From Lingula anatina (taxonomy: Eukaryota; Animalia; Brachiopoda): DNA of 64,000 nucleotides. Below the pieces are notes generated by a model, which was given only the letters and a program-made list of their open reading frames with translations, did not search any database and was not told the origin of the DNA. The stretch lies in the NCBI GenBank assembly GCA_051362555.1, contig CM120646.1:21700001-21764000 (forward strand). Reading direction: 5' to 3'. The position numbers and the translations under genes were made by a program. Below, in pieces: positions 40,501 through 51,475 of this stretch. Each line of letters starts with the position of its first letter. Position 1 is the stretch's first letter.

Positions 40501-43500
40501 AAAAAAGGTCATTTTGTCAATTTTGATGCAATAATAAATAATGCTTATAATAGCACTTTCAGTCAACACTGAATTTTAATCTTGCACAACAGGTAACATG
40601 GTCAATAACAGGAGCAGACCCAGAGATATTTTCTGACAGTATTACAAAGAATCTATGTTGATCCATCCTCCATTTTGATGGTCTTCCAACAGAAAAAAAT
40701 AGATACCAGTCAATATAAACTTAATAACCTGACTGTCTTCCGGAAGACCCAGAAGATGGTCTCAATCCACCCCTTCAATAAGATTACAGTTTCAGAACCA
40801 TGAGAGTTCAAATTCACATTATGAAAGTCTCAATATTTGAAAATGATGACAGTGCATAAAATAATATTACATAATGTTTAAAGACATAAAAAACAATACA
40901 ACTGCTTATGTAGAAATACAGAAAATGTGCAGAGCCCCAGGCAGATGAGAGCCTGCCTGGGGCTAAAAGTCCCAAATGCAAGTGTTTGAGAAAAAATTAT
41001 AAAGGAAAACAACAAAACTAGAAAAGCACTTTGAGAGTGCAGACCTCTGCCAAGGCAGCAATTGTTGATTATTATTGATAATTGATTGATTATTGATCCG
41101 GACCACCACCAAAAATTAATCATTGTCCTCTTTGGCCCACTTCGGACAGTTCCTGAAAATTTCTGCAAAATCGGCCCATAACTTTTTTGTGTTATGTGGA
41201 TGACAAACAAACAGGGGTGAAAATATAACCTCCTTGGCAGAGCTTGAGGTAAATATAATTCCAATGAAGATGCTATTCAAACTTTTAATCTTCCAGTTTG
41301 ATATATATATATATATATATATTTAAAACTTATTTGCAATATTAAACAAAATTTACCTGCATAATTATCACTGCTTCCTTATTATTAATCTAGCAGAGAG
41401 CTTTACCTTTGGGAGTTTACAGGGAAATATCAACAAGTGTGCTTTATGTAATCTCATTTAATGGCCTATTAAAGCAAATGACTTTATAACTCTGAAATTA
41501 ATCTAGTGATACCCAAGGGTAATTTACAGACTGACCCACTCAAAGGTCTTCAGGCCCATAAGTCACACCTTAAGAAAAGCACAAAACCATAATGCCCAAA
41601 AAAGGAGACTACCAATCCTGATGCAATAATACATTATGTTTAACTGCACAGTCAACATCAACTTATGCACAACAGGTCACACAGACGAAAGTAAAAGCAT
41701 AAGGCTCCAGGCCCATCAGAGTTCAAGTTTATACTTAGAAAGTGCCAGAATGAGAAAAATGAAAATTTCACAAAAAATGCATAAATACAATAAACATGAT
41801 AATCCAATAGAGCTGGTTTTCTCATGAGCTGAAGGCCAATCCTAAAAATCGTACTTATAAGTTTAAAATTATAATAAGTGGCACAGTTTTCTTTTCATAA
41901 TGTTTGCAGTAGCAGTGCAAAAAGATTATTGTCAATTTTGATGTAACATTACATAATAAATTATAGAATAATTATCACCAATTTTTGATTATTGACTATA
42001 AATAGCATGGACATGTAGAAAATTTGATTACCATTAGGCTTCATGTCCATGGGAGCTCTGAGTCCCACAATGAATATGCCAAAAAGATAATGAATATTTC
42101 ACTAAGTGTATAACTTCCAGAAAAAGAAGCCAATTAGACTGCTTTTCCAACTCGGGCTGCATTTTAGTCCTGTGTTTCTTTTTTGAAAGTTTGACAGTAA
42201 TAAGTAACACCGTTTTCCCATAATGGTCATCATGGCAGCAGCACCAAATATTGTGTTTTCTTCTATTTTGATGCAACATTACATAATGCTTAACAGCATA
42301 ATGACCATCAATTTTAAATGATAAAATATACGTGTCATGGATTTTCAGAAAATGTGACTAGCAAGGGTCTTCAAGCCCGTGGAGGTTCTAAGTCGCACCT
42401 TGAAAATGTCAATAAGTGAAAAATTAAATTTTCACAAAAAACTGTTAAATTGCCAGAAAAATTTACCAAACAGACTGCATTGCCTACTGAGGCTGTATGT
42501 TAGACCCATGTTTCTTTCTTGTAAGTTTGAGAACAGCAAGTGACATGTTTTCCCTTAAATGGTCATCATAGGAGCAGTGCCCTAAATAGGGGTTTCTTCA
42601 AATTTTGATGCAACGTTACATAATGTTTAACAGCATAATAACCATCAAATGTAATTAATAAAATATTAGTAACATGGACATTCAGAAAACATGACAAGCA
42701 AAGGTCTTCAGGCCCATGGAACTTCAAAGTCACATCTTGAAAATGCCAAAATGTAAACAAGACAGCACTGTCCTGAAATGGGTTTATTTCCATTTTAACA
42801 CTTTTTTAACATAAAACAAAATAAACATTTTACTGCCATTTTTATATGACCAACTAAGAAAATTGATGAGATGGGAAAAGTATCGATAGAACAGTGTTAA
42901 ATGTCCAATTTCCTCCATTCTGAGATTCTGAACATAGTGGATGAATGAATCTGACAAACTGCAATGATATGAGTTTATTTCCATTTTTGACACTTTATTA
43001 CACAATACATGATAACAAGTTTACCATGTTTTTTTACATAATCAACTAACAATGTTGTAAAGATGCAGGAAATATCAAACAAACACTTTTACGCATCTAA
43101 TTAGTTCAATAATTAGACTGTTAACATGCCTAATAATTGAATCTGAGGAAATGTGAAAAAACAGTATAACTTCTAAAATAATGGCCCAATTATGCTGATT
43201 TTCGAACTCAACCTGCATTTTAGTAAGATTGACCACTCCTGTGAATATAATGCCAATTGGCCAATCCGTTTTTCTTATATTGTGTTATCAGTGTTGCATT
43301 TATATTGAAAAGTGAAAAAACATCATAAATGCCCTAAAAATGGCCCAATCATGCTGATTTTCGAACTTGACCTGCGTATTAAGAATTTTCATCAGTTCTG
43401 TAAGTTTCAAGCCAAAAGGTAAAATGGTTTTCCACTTACTGTGTTATCGGTGCTGCATATATGCTGAAAAAGTGAAAAAACAGCATAAATTCCCTAAAAA

Positions 43501-44598
43501 TGGCCCAATCATGCTGATTTTCGAACTTGACCTGCATATTATGAAAATTCATCAGTTCTGTAAGTTTCAAGTCAAAAGGTACAATGGTTTTCCACTTATC
43601 GTGTTATCGGTGCTGCATATATGTTGAAAAAAGTGAAAAAACAGCATAAATTCCCTAAGAGTGACCCGACCATGCTGATTTTCGAACTTGACCTGCGTAT
43701 TATGAATATTCATCAGTTCTGCAAGTTTCAAATCAAAAGGCAAAATGGTTTTCCACTTATCGTGTTATCGGTAAAAGTGCACGGCGACGGCGACGACGGC
43801 GACGACAGACGCAGATGATGGCTATATGTACAGACACATCTGTGTCTGTACATAATAATGAGACTGTTAACATGCCGAAGAATTGAATCTGAGGAAATGT
43901 GAAAAAACAGCATAACTTATAAAATAATGGCACGATTATGCTGATTTTCGAACTTGACCTGCATTTTAGTAAGATTGATTACTCCTGTGAGTTTCATGAC
44001 AACAGGTCTATTGGTTTTCCTTGAAATGTGTTATCAGTGTTGCACATATGCTGAAAAGTGAAAAAAACAGCATAACTACTAAAATAGTGGCCCAATCATG
44101 CCGATTTTCGAACTTGATCTGCGTTTTAGTAAGATTGATAACTCCTGTGAGTTTCATGACAACAGGCCTATCCGTTTTCCTTGAAATGTGTTAACAGTGT
44201 TGCATATATGCTAAAAAGTGAAAAAACAGGAGAAATTCTACAATAATGGCCCGATCATGCTGATTTTCGAACTTGACCTGCGTTTTATGAATATTAGTCA
44301 TCTCTGTAAATATAAAGCCAAAAAGTAAAACTGTCTTTCACTTATGGTGTTAACGCTGAAAGTGCACGGCGACGGCGACGGCGACATGATCGGCGACGGC
44401 GACGACAGACGCAGGTGATGGCAATATGTACAGACACATCTGTGTCTGTACATAAAAACAGAAAATAAAGATGCAAAAAAGGTCATTTTGTCAATTTTAA
44501 TGCAATAATAAATAATGCTTATAATAGCACTATCAGTCAACACTGAATTTTAATCATGCACAACAATATATATATATATATATACTTTTAATCTTTCA

Positions 44599-44662
<64 letters not shown>

Positions 44663-47600
44663 TATTTGCAATATTAAACAAAATTTACCTGCATAATTAT
44701 CACTGCTTCCTTATTATTAATCTAGCAGAGAGCTTGACCTATGGGAGTTTACAGGGAAATATCAACAAGTGTGCTTTATGTAATCTCAAATCACAAGTGT
44801 GCTTTATGTAGCCTATCAATTAGGCAAATTACTTTATAACTGAAATTAGCGAAGTGATACCCAAGGGAGATTTATAGACTGACCCTCTCAAAGGTCTTTC
44901 AGGCCCATAAGTCACAACTTAAGAAGAGCACAAAACAATAATGCACAAAATAAGAGACTACCACTTCTGATGCAATAATACATTATGTTTAACTGCACAG
45001 TCAACATCAAATTTTAATTTTGCACAACAGGTAACACCGACGAAAGTAAAAGCACAAGGCTTCAGGCCCATCAGAGTTCAAGTTTATACTTAAAAAGTGC
45101 CAGAATGAGAAAAATGAAATTTTACACAAAATTGCATTAAATTCAATAATAAATGATAACCCAATTGACCTGGCTTTCTAATTTGAACTGCATGCCAATC
45201 CTAAAAATCATACTCTTAAGTTAAATATAATAATAAATAACACAGTTTTCTTTTCATAATGTTTGCAGTAGCAGTGCAAAAAGATTATTGTCAATTTTGA
45301 TGTAACATTACATAATAAATTATAGAATAATTATCACCAATTTTTGATTATTGACTATAAATAGCATGAACATGTAGAAAATTTGATTACCATCCAGCTT
45401 CATATCCATGGGAGCTCCGAGTCCCACAATGAATATGCCAAAAAGATAATGAATATTTCACTAAAATGTATAACTTCCAGAAAAAGAAGCCCATTAGACT
45501 GCTTTTGCAACTCGGGCTGCATTTTAGTCCTGTGTTTCTTTTTTGAAAGTTTGACAATCATAAGTAACACGGTTTTCCCATCATGGTCATCATGGCAGAT
45601 GTGGATGATTGAATCTGACAAACTGCAATGATATGAGTTTATTTCCGTTTTGGACACTTGATTACACAATACATGATAACAAGTTTACCATCATTTTTAA
45701 ATAATCAACTAACAATGTTGTAAAGATGCAGGAAATATCAAACAAACACTTTTACGTATCTTATTAGTTCAATAATGAGACTGTTAACATGCCTAAGAAT
45801 TGAATCTGAGGAAATTTGAAAAAACAGTACAACTTCTAAAATAATGGCCGATGACGCTGATTTTCGAACTCAACCTGCATTTTTGTAAGATTGACCATTC
45901 CTGTGAGAATAATGACAATTGGCTAAGCTGTTTTTCTTATATTGTGTTATTAATGTTGTATATATGTTGAAAAAAGTGAAAAAACAGCATAAAAAATTAA
46001 AAGAAAATGTAAAATAAAACATAACAAAAAATACCAATAAAGCTGCTATTCAAACTTTTAATCTAGCTGTACAATTACTAATATGATATGAATAACCCTA
46101 TTTAGTTTGAGAATATTAAGGCACTGTTATTCATCTTTAGCATTAATGTAAGCATTACACAAATTTTTTTTTGTAAACTTATTTTCCATATTAAATAACA
46201 TTTACCTGCATAATAATCATCGATTCCTAATTATGTGACACAGTTAAGAAAGCTAATCCGATGGGACTTTACAATGAAATCTCAATGTGTGTTTATGTAA
46301 TCTCATTTAATGCCCACTTGAAAATTAATTAAGCAAATTATTTTATAACCCTGAAATAATTTGAAAATCAATTAAGCAAATTATTTTATAACCCTGAATT
46401 AACTGCCTACTATCCATATACATTTATTGCACCAAATAGCACTGTACTGCATTGCTTTCAAAACAGAAAACAATTACGATGGTTTTCCAACACAAGCTGC
46501 ACTTCAGTCTTTTCAGTAAGGTTGATTATCATAAGTAACATGGTTTTCCCTTAATCGCTATCCTGGCAGCAGTGTTCAAAATAGGGTTTTCTTTAACTTT
46601 CATGCAATATAACATAATACTTAACAACATAATGACCATCAATTTTTTTTATAAAAAAAATAAAAGTATGGATATTCAGAAAATGTGATATGGAAAGGTC
46701 TCCAAGGACATGGAAGTTAGGGTCACACTTTCAAAATGCCAAAATGTTAACAAGAGATAACTGTACTGAAATGATATTCTTTCCATTTTCAACACCTTTT
46801 TTACATAAAACCATAATCAATTAACTGTCATTTTTAAATGATCAACTAGGAAAATTGTTGACATAGGAAAAATATCAATAGAACAATTTATAATGTCCAA
46901 TTAGCTCCATTTGGAGATTCTGAACATAGTGAATGATTGAATCTGACGAACTGCAATGATGAGTTCCTTTCCATTTTTGATACTTTATTACACAATGCAC
47001 GATAATAGGTTTACCGTCATTTTTATATAATCAACTAACAATATTGTTAAGAAGCAGAAAATGTTAAAACAACACTTTTACATATCCAATTAGTTCCGTA
47101 ATGAGACTGTTAACATGCTTAAGAATTAAATCTGAAGAAAAACCACTTATATACAAAAAGGCTAATAACTTCATCAAAACTTAACTGATCAAGCTTATTT
47201 TCAAACTTGATCTGTATACTGGTCAGATTGATCACTCCTATGAGTTGCAAGACAAAAGGCTGATTGGTTTTCCTTAAAATGCGTTATCAGTGTTGCATGT
47301 ATGCTGAATAAAGGGAAAAAACAGCATTACTTTTGTAAAAATAGTCCAATCATGCCAATTTTCAAACTTGACCTGCGTATTATAAATATTCACCAGTTCT
47401 GTAAATTTCAATCCAAAAGGAAAAACATTTTTACACTTATCATGTTATCGGTGTTATAAAAGTGCTGAAAAAAAATTGAAAAAAAAAAACAAAAAAAAAC
47501 AGGATAACTTCCATAAAAATTGCCTGCGTATTATGAATATTCATTAGTTCTGTAAGTTTCAAGCCAAATGAAAAAACAGTTTTCCACTTATTGTGTTATC

Positions 47601-48169
47601 AGTGCTGCATATATGCTGAAAAAAGTGAAAAAACAGCATAAATTCCCTAACAATAATCGAATCATGCTGATTTTCGAACTTGACTTGCGTATTATGAATA
47701 TTTATCAGTTCTGTAAGTTTCAAGCCAAAAGGTAAATTGGTTTTCCACTTATGGTGTTATCGGTGCTGCATATATGCTGAAAAAAGTGAAAAAACAGCAT
47801 AAATTCCCGAAAAATGACCCAATCATGCTGATTTTCGATCTTGACCTGCGTATTATGAATATTCATCAGTTCTGTAACTTTCAAGCCAAAAGGTAAAATG
47901 GTTTTTCACTAATCGTGTTATCAGTGCTGCATATATGCTGAAAAAAGTGAAAAAACAGCTTAAATTCCCTAAAAGTGACCCGATCATGCTGATTTTCAAG
48001 CTTGACCTGCGTATTATAAATATTCATCAGTTTTGTAAGTTTCAAGTCAAAAGGTAAAATGGTTTTCCACTTATCGTGTTATCAGTAAAAGTGCACGGCG
48101 ACGGCGACGACAGACGCAGATGACAGCTATATGTACAGACACATCTGTGTCTGTACATAAAAATGTTAA

Positions 48170-48202
<33 letters not shown>

Positions 48203-48883
48203 TCTATGTTACTTTACACCTGAATGGGTTTGCTTCAATTGGTTAATTCTTAAGTTAACAACAAAATATAACTTTTGGTAAGCACATTAACTTTTCTTCT
48301 TCCTCCTAGACTACTAATTATTTAGAAATACTCTGCAAATCATCATAACAGTTCACCTTTAGGAGGAATCCATTAATTGACTATATTTTGTTACAGTGCC
48401 ACTTACACAGCACATTAAATGTGAATGTCCCGGACTGTTGCCATGATATGGAGTTGCTAGCATTGCATCTGTATTGCCCTGCTTGGTTTGGTTGTATATT
48501 GCTGATTGTCAACTCCCTGCCAGTCTGCTGTAATGGTGTATTGTTCAGGAGCCATGTATATGTTATGGGTGTCGATCCTGATGTTGTCGTACAACTCAGA
48601 TATGCGGTGTCTCCCTTGGTTACATCATGTCCTGTGGCACGTGAACGGGTCACAGAAACACCCCCAACTGGAACTAAAACAAAGCTGTTGAACTTTAAAT
48701 GGGACTGTGACAAGAATTTATCTGAAGTAGACGAGAAAATAATATTCTGACATTTCTTGTGCCATGTTACTAACATAGTCATATTAAATACTAAGCCTGC
48801 TTATTACAAAATGTTTTTTCAGTCTCAGTCTTAATGGTCTATTTACATGCTGTGCTTACAGGTATCTTGACATATATATATTA

Positions 48884-48915
<32 letters not shown>

Positions 48916-49358
48916 ACAAGAATTTTAAATATTTTACAAGAATCTGCAACATCTACAACTGCCGGATTTACCTGTAATAGAGAGGGTTGTATCTGATGTG
49001 AAATACCGACTGTTAGCTATTGAACATGTTGATGGGTATGTTAATGTTATCTTCACCCCACATGTGTAGGTCCCAGCATCTGCTGTAGTGACACCACTGA
49101 TGACAAGTGAGGCTGGAGGCTGGAATGACAACCTTCCATTCCATGCTGGCTGTAGAACACCATTGGGACGTATTGCAGGTGTACCAGTTAAGTTGCCTAC
49201 AACTAGTTCATACTCCTCTGAATTCCACGACCACTTCACTTGGTACTCCACTGCATAAGGAGTAAATGTACACTGCAGTGTGACGCTGTGTCCAGTGCGT
49301 ACAGAGTAAGACAAGGGTAGAGTAACACTGATGGTGTCATCACAACTTGGCAAGGAAG
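891..49358 (-). CDS. Multi-exon Ig-superfamily type I membrane receptor (V-Ig + 6 Ig + 2 FN3 + TM + Tyr-motif tail); nephrin/CD22/SIRP-like architecture; 5' signal exon and possibly 3' end missing
   Basis: 18-19 exons, each with an AG acceptor and GT donor, joining in one open frame. One Ig/FN3 domain per phase 1-1 exon, as is typical of IgSF genes. Confidence 0.9.
1048..1098. repeat. (AAT)n microsatellite
   Basis: Direct reading; other AAT arrays at ~1595-1639 and ~6789-6823. Confidence 0.95.
1514..1579 (-). CDS. Tail micro-exon 5: EKDEELTTLYAQPDKGKKKKKK
   Basis: attcAG|AAAAG...AAA T|GTAGGT; 66 nt, phase 1-1. Confidence 0.85.
1840..1899 (-). CDS. Tail micro-exon 4: EQDPGALYAKPEKKKKKKGK
   Basis: ctgcAG|AACAA...AAG G|GTAAAC; 60 nt, phase 1-1. 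Confidence 0.85.
1936..1980. repeat. poly-T followed by poly-G homopolymer
   Basis: Direct reading. Confidence 0.95.
2469..2510 (-). CDS. Tail micro-exon 3: GAEAAAYVPEAGNK
   Basis: ctcttAG|GGGCT...AAG G|GTATGG; 42 nt, phase 1-1; GC-rich island in AT intron. Confidence 0.65.
3499..3684. mobile_element. MITE, CCC...GGG termini, 2-bp AT TSD (CMC/EnSpm-like)
   Basis: at|cccatatgaaaaattcc ... ggaaatttccataaggg|at. Confidence 0.65.
3757..4003. mobile_element. ~230-bp MITE family (other copies 24588-24803 inverted and 60936-61162)
   Basis: Shared core gatcgacctaactccctgggggttcatgctaaattgc; imperfect TIRs; all three copies flanked by TA. Confidence 0.8.
4152..4232 (-). CDS. Tail micro-exon 2: ASNLPVEPPLDALYARPDKSKKEEGKE
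   Basis: tttctAG|CCTCT...GAA G|GTGAAG; 81 nt, phase 1-1; second in-frame GT 6 nt further. Confidence 0.8.
4976..5038 (-). CDS. Tail micro-exon 1: GAAGVEGLYAQPDKKKKQEKR
   Basis: tctAG|GGGCA...AGA G|GTACGT; 63 nt, phase 1-1. Confidence 0.85.
6277..6377 (-). CDS. Cytoplasmic exon B (SDSPYAITH), phase 2 to 1; probable alternative to exon A
   Basis: gccAG|GGAAT...GGA G|GTTTGT; 101 nt; open only when entered in phase 2. Confidence 0.65.
6435..6616 (-). CDS. Cytoplasmic exon A (DINPYAESP), phase 2 to 1
   Basis: ctacAG|CTCG...GCG G|GTAAGT; 182 nt. Confidence 0.8.
6896..6923 (-). CDS. 28-nt juxtamembrane micro-exon (GPDMEMAGQ), phase 1 to 2
   Basis: tttctAG|GTCCT...CAGAG|GTGAG; supplies the phase shift needed by both following exons. 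Confidence 0.8.
7067..7192 (-). CDS. Exon: transmembrane helix + basic stop-transfer
   Basis: tgcAG|CCCCA...AAA G|GTAAAA; 126 nt; LPIIIGVVVPVLLIAAVIAVLFFL-RRR. Confidence 0.92.
7379..7651 (-). CDS. Exon: divergent FN3 domain 2
   Basis: ttcAG|CCTTG...AGA A|GTAAGT; 273 nt; ITW...FKVVYC...LPDDREYEFALQ. Confidence 0.85.
8105..8416 (-). CDS. Exon: fibronectin type III domain 1
   Basis: 312 nt phase 1-1; KPDTP...VSWRAGNNGG...QY...ITGLKADITYNVRVRAEN. Confidence 0.92.
8956..9239. mobile_element. MITE, CCC...GGG termini, 2-bp AT TSD (CMC/EnSpm-like)
   Basis: at|cccgcacgaaaacgaagtag ... tactgcattttcttgcggg|at; internal tactgca motif repeats. Confidence 0.7.
9553..9831 (-). CDS. Exon: Ig domain 7 (not in ORF track; lacks B-strand Cys)
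   Basis: ttccAG|ACTCC...TTA G|GTAAGA; 279 nt; hand translation YSPKEGP...LSVHVIAYPKPTSFTWKK...SYGNYTCEVTNG...FTLERL. Confidence 0.88.
10088..10360 (-). CDS. Exon: Ig domain 6
   Basis: gtAG|ATCTC...AGA T|GTAAGT; 273 nt; EGDSLSMTC...W...DAGVYTC. Confidence 0.92.
10670..10933 (-). CDS. Exon: Ig domain 5
   Basis: atAG|ACCAC...CAA T|GTAAGT; 264 nt; SVTLICTAYGNP...YRW...DDTGQYTC. Confidence 0.92.
11233..11520 (-). CDS. Exon: Ig domain 4
   Basis: ccAG|ATCCC...CAG T|GTAAGT; 288 nt; LTCSATGGYPTPTLSW...YKCLASN...LQLDVQ. Confidence 0.92.
11722..20120 (+). mobile_element. Nested/tandem cluster of non-autonomous Helentron (HINE/pearl-like) family A copies
   Basis: Repeated 5' end aacaaggcagcaaagctgtcaaatgtacagaca (~11722, 13945, 14195, 17713), ~160-bp internal repeats, and 3' ends with (GACGGC)n at ~18410-18487 and ~19440-19500. 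Confidence 0.8.
15029..15088. repeat. (TA)n microsatellite (others at ~21218-21256, 37497-37548, 44602-44658, 51747-51804; (TG)n at ~48170-48197)
   Basis: Direct reading. Confidence 0.9.
21259..23150 (+). mobile_element. HINE family B with five ~146-bp central tandem repeats
   Basis: aactagagg start; subterminal IR attgtaccaccag / ctggtggtacaat; 3' hairpin; gtaggtcaaaggtcaa at 21471, 21615, 21769, 21915, 22061; related fragment at ~49724-49880. Confidence 0.8.
25774..26858. mobile_element. Non-autonomous DNA transposon, CAG termini, 6-bp TSD CTGACC (hAT6-like)
   Basis: ctgacc|cagtctg ... cagactg|ctgacc; empty site taacagactgaccacac at 55571; subterminal ctagcccg/gggctag repeats. Confidence 0.85.
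28680..32392. mobile_element. 3.7-kb DNA transposon with ~780-bp TIRs (TAG...CTA termini; Academ-like)
   Basis: 28680-~29460 is the inverted repeat of ~31605-32392; no intact internal ORF; the superfamily is an inference from the termini. Confidence 0.75.
35104..35415 (-). CDS. Exon: Ig domain 3 (C2-type with extra Cys pair)
   Basis: tccAG|ATGCC...ATA C|GTGCGT; 312 nt; VTLTCSAPGGNPLASLSW..GC...TTCGCRATH. Confidence 0.88.
36637..37800. mobile_element. Non-autonomous CMC/EnSpm-like element, 2-bp TG TSD
   Basis: tg|cccagcaggca ... tgcctgctggg|tg; subterminal caacgttg arrays; empty site cacgataacaagtttacc in sister HINE copies. Confidence 0.8.
38683..38820 (-). pseudogene. Decayed, internally deleted duplicate Ig exon
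   Basis: 5' part matches the start of exon 35104-35415 (PTLTGFNS vs PTLTGYNS) with a frameshift and the acceptor AG changed to AA. 3' part encodes LHLDVQ|GTCAGT, like LQLDVQ|GTAAGT of exon 11233-11520. Confidence 0.65.
48407..48673 (-). CDS. Exon: Ig domain 2
   Basis: ttttAG|TTCCAG...CTG T|GTAAGT; 267 nt; GDTAYLSC...YTW...LTISNIQPNQAGQYRC. Confidence 0.92.
48972..49358 (-). CDS. Exon: V-set Ig domain
   Basis: ttccAG|CT...ACA G|GTAAAT; 387 nt; GHSVTLQC...VKW...GRL...ASLVISGVTTADAGTYTC. Confidence 0.9.
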
Positions 49359-50062
49359 CTGGAATGACATAATTAGACAGCAAGCTACTTTCCTAGCAAA
49401 TATGAGGTCTATTGATAAATTAATTCATTTACTTAATGCTTTTTTTATGGTTTGTATGTTGAAGGTCAGAGTGAAATTGGGTTCATTTTCACGTATTGAC
49501 CTCAACATCAATTGGGGTGATCACAATATGCAGAAAAGAGTGCACCATAATATGTTTTGGTCATTTCTGATGAGCTGTTACATAATGCTTTAAAACATCA
49601 TAATTACTCTTGCCCTCTTACATATGTACTACAGGTAACATGGACATTGAAACACTAGCAAGTTTCACGGAACATAAAATCTCTCAGATCATAAAATCTT
49701 TCAGATCATAATGAAAAGTGCATGTAGGTCAAAGGTCAATTTCAAAGTCATATTTTAAGGTTTCTGACCCTTTTATCTCCAAAACTGGAAGAGATACGCC
49801 CATAGTTACTATTGAACTTGAATAGAAAGTCAATTATAAGTGTGTTCTTGAAATTGACCTTTGACTAACATTTCGCCATGAACATCATTTCACAAATTTG
49901 GATTTAAATTTGAACTTTTTCCCATGATTTTGTTTTAAATGGTAATTTTCAACAAAAATATTGAGAACTCTTGTTTACTGCATATTGTAGAGCTTGTCAA
50001 GTATAACATTGGAGGTTGTGTCCCTTTTTTTTTTGGTACAATAACTTAAGGTTACCTCCTAG

Positions 50063-50401
50063 CACTAGTGGGCTGGATTTGGTCTTAAAGTGCAATTTAA
50101 GTTCACAAGTGATCTTACACGATCTTAAACATTACAGCAGTAGTCTTAAAATGGACTGAATCTGCTTTTAAGATCAAAAATGATCTAACATCTACTTAAG
50201 TGATCAAGCAGTTTCCTCCCCTCACAATGGGGATACCTCCCCTCACAATAGAGGACACCTCTGCTCACAATAGGAGAATGTGTAAGGGGAGACAACTTAA
50301 TTGGCTGTTAGACCAGAAATAGTCTTACTCATGGTTTAAGATCATGTAAGACTATTTGTGAACTTAAATTGCACTTTAAGACCAAATCAAGCCCACTAGT
50401 G
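50063..50401. mobile_element. CACTA-ended MITE with ~65-bp TIRs and 3-bp TAG TSD
   Basis: tag|cactagtgggc...gcccactagtg|tag; three internal ~21-bp cctcccctcacaat repeats. Confidence 0.8.
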
Positions 50402-51237
50402 TAGGTGTGTTTAAACCTTAGGTGATCATAAGCTAATTTTGTAAATATCCCCAGCACTTGTGTTTCTATTTTCCATGTTTTCTTTCAGTAAAATATCTAA
50501 GAAAAATAAAGCCTCCAATAGATAATTCAGAAGTAGTGTGCTTTCTTTCCTGGGAAGTGGGGATTGTCCTAGAGTCTTTATTCAAATTGTATACTATTGA
50601 AGAGTATAAGTTGTTCATGGTTTGCATTACTTGAAGCGAGATGTAAATTAAGGAAAATGTTAAGAATAATTGTATGGTTCTTGCTAAAAAACCTTAGAAA
50701 AAAGTTTTTGTATTCAACAAAAGAGTATATTTATTGGTCTATTGTGTTTCTTATGCATAAACATGATTGCAGAACAATAAAGTGCTTCTAATAAAAGTCA
50801 TTTTTGCTAATTGTTTATTATTTAATTATCTACCACATATCAGATATGCAGATGCAAGTCACTAGGGCTGATCAGATGAATGTAAATATCATGTGCAAAT
50901 CACTAACTAGTACATTCCATTCTACTAATAGGTATGACACTACCACCATATGATATGAAACAAGCCAGTGCATTAACTCTCTTAAAACAAAAAAGATAAA
51001 TTTTGCTCTTGCACATTTGATTTAATAAATTTTAACCCATTTCAGAGTTTGGGTAACCACAAAGTGATCTAGTTGTAACGTACTTTTATAAAGAAGTTGA
51101 ATAGAAGTATCATAAGTAAACGTAACAATGAATTATAAAACAACCCGAGAAAAGAATAGTTTAATGTACACATCAGTAAACTGCCATGATATTATAAATA
51201 ATGTACACAGTGCACATAAGTGATGAGACTGATGCTA

Positions 51238-51475
51238 ATAACCTCTGCCAAGGAGGTTAAGTTTTCACCCCTGTTTGTCTGTTTGTTTGTCATCAACATA
51301 ACTCAAAAAGTTATGGATCGATTTTGATGAAATTTTCCGGAACTGTCAGAAGTGGGCCAAGGAAGAGATGATTAGTTTTTGGTGGTGATCTGGATCAATG
51401 ATCAATCAATAATCAATAATAATAAAAAACCGCTGCCTTGGCGGAAGGTCTGCACTCTCGGAGTGCTTTTCTAGT
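51238..51475 (-). mobile_element. Short (~240 bp) DINE/HINE-like element family C (also ~14756-14985 and ~41016-41252)
   Basis: actagaaaagcact...gcagacct(c)gccaaggc ... aacctccttggcagaggt; inserted in an A-run without TSD (empty site at ~55381-55400). Confidence 0.75.

Larger units (their letters stand above)
35489..48163 (+). mobile_element. HINE family A cluster filling the 13-kb intron
   Basis: 5' ends at ~35489, 38829, 38862, 40448; 3' hairpins at ~38615, 43826, 44426, 48131. Confidence 0.8.

Noticed and set aside
13883-45669. Many recurring 60-137 aa ORFs (e.g. MHQNLKKT..., MTCVLRIF..., MLTDSAII...) resembling a gene family
   Set aside because: They recur only because the non-coding HINE repeat recurs; frames are broken differently among copies and there are no domain motifs.
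48388-48750. Plus-strand ORFs overlapping Ig exons (also 10621-10830, 11283-11591)
   Set aside because: Antisense shadows of real exons.
50890-51175. Candidate signal-peptide exons (MCTLNYSFLGLF..., MHWLVSYHMVVV...)
   Set aside because: The best donors are phase 0 while the best V-exon acceptor needs phase 1. An alternative phase-0 acceptor at 49393-49394 exists, but the evidence is too weak to call without transcripts.
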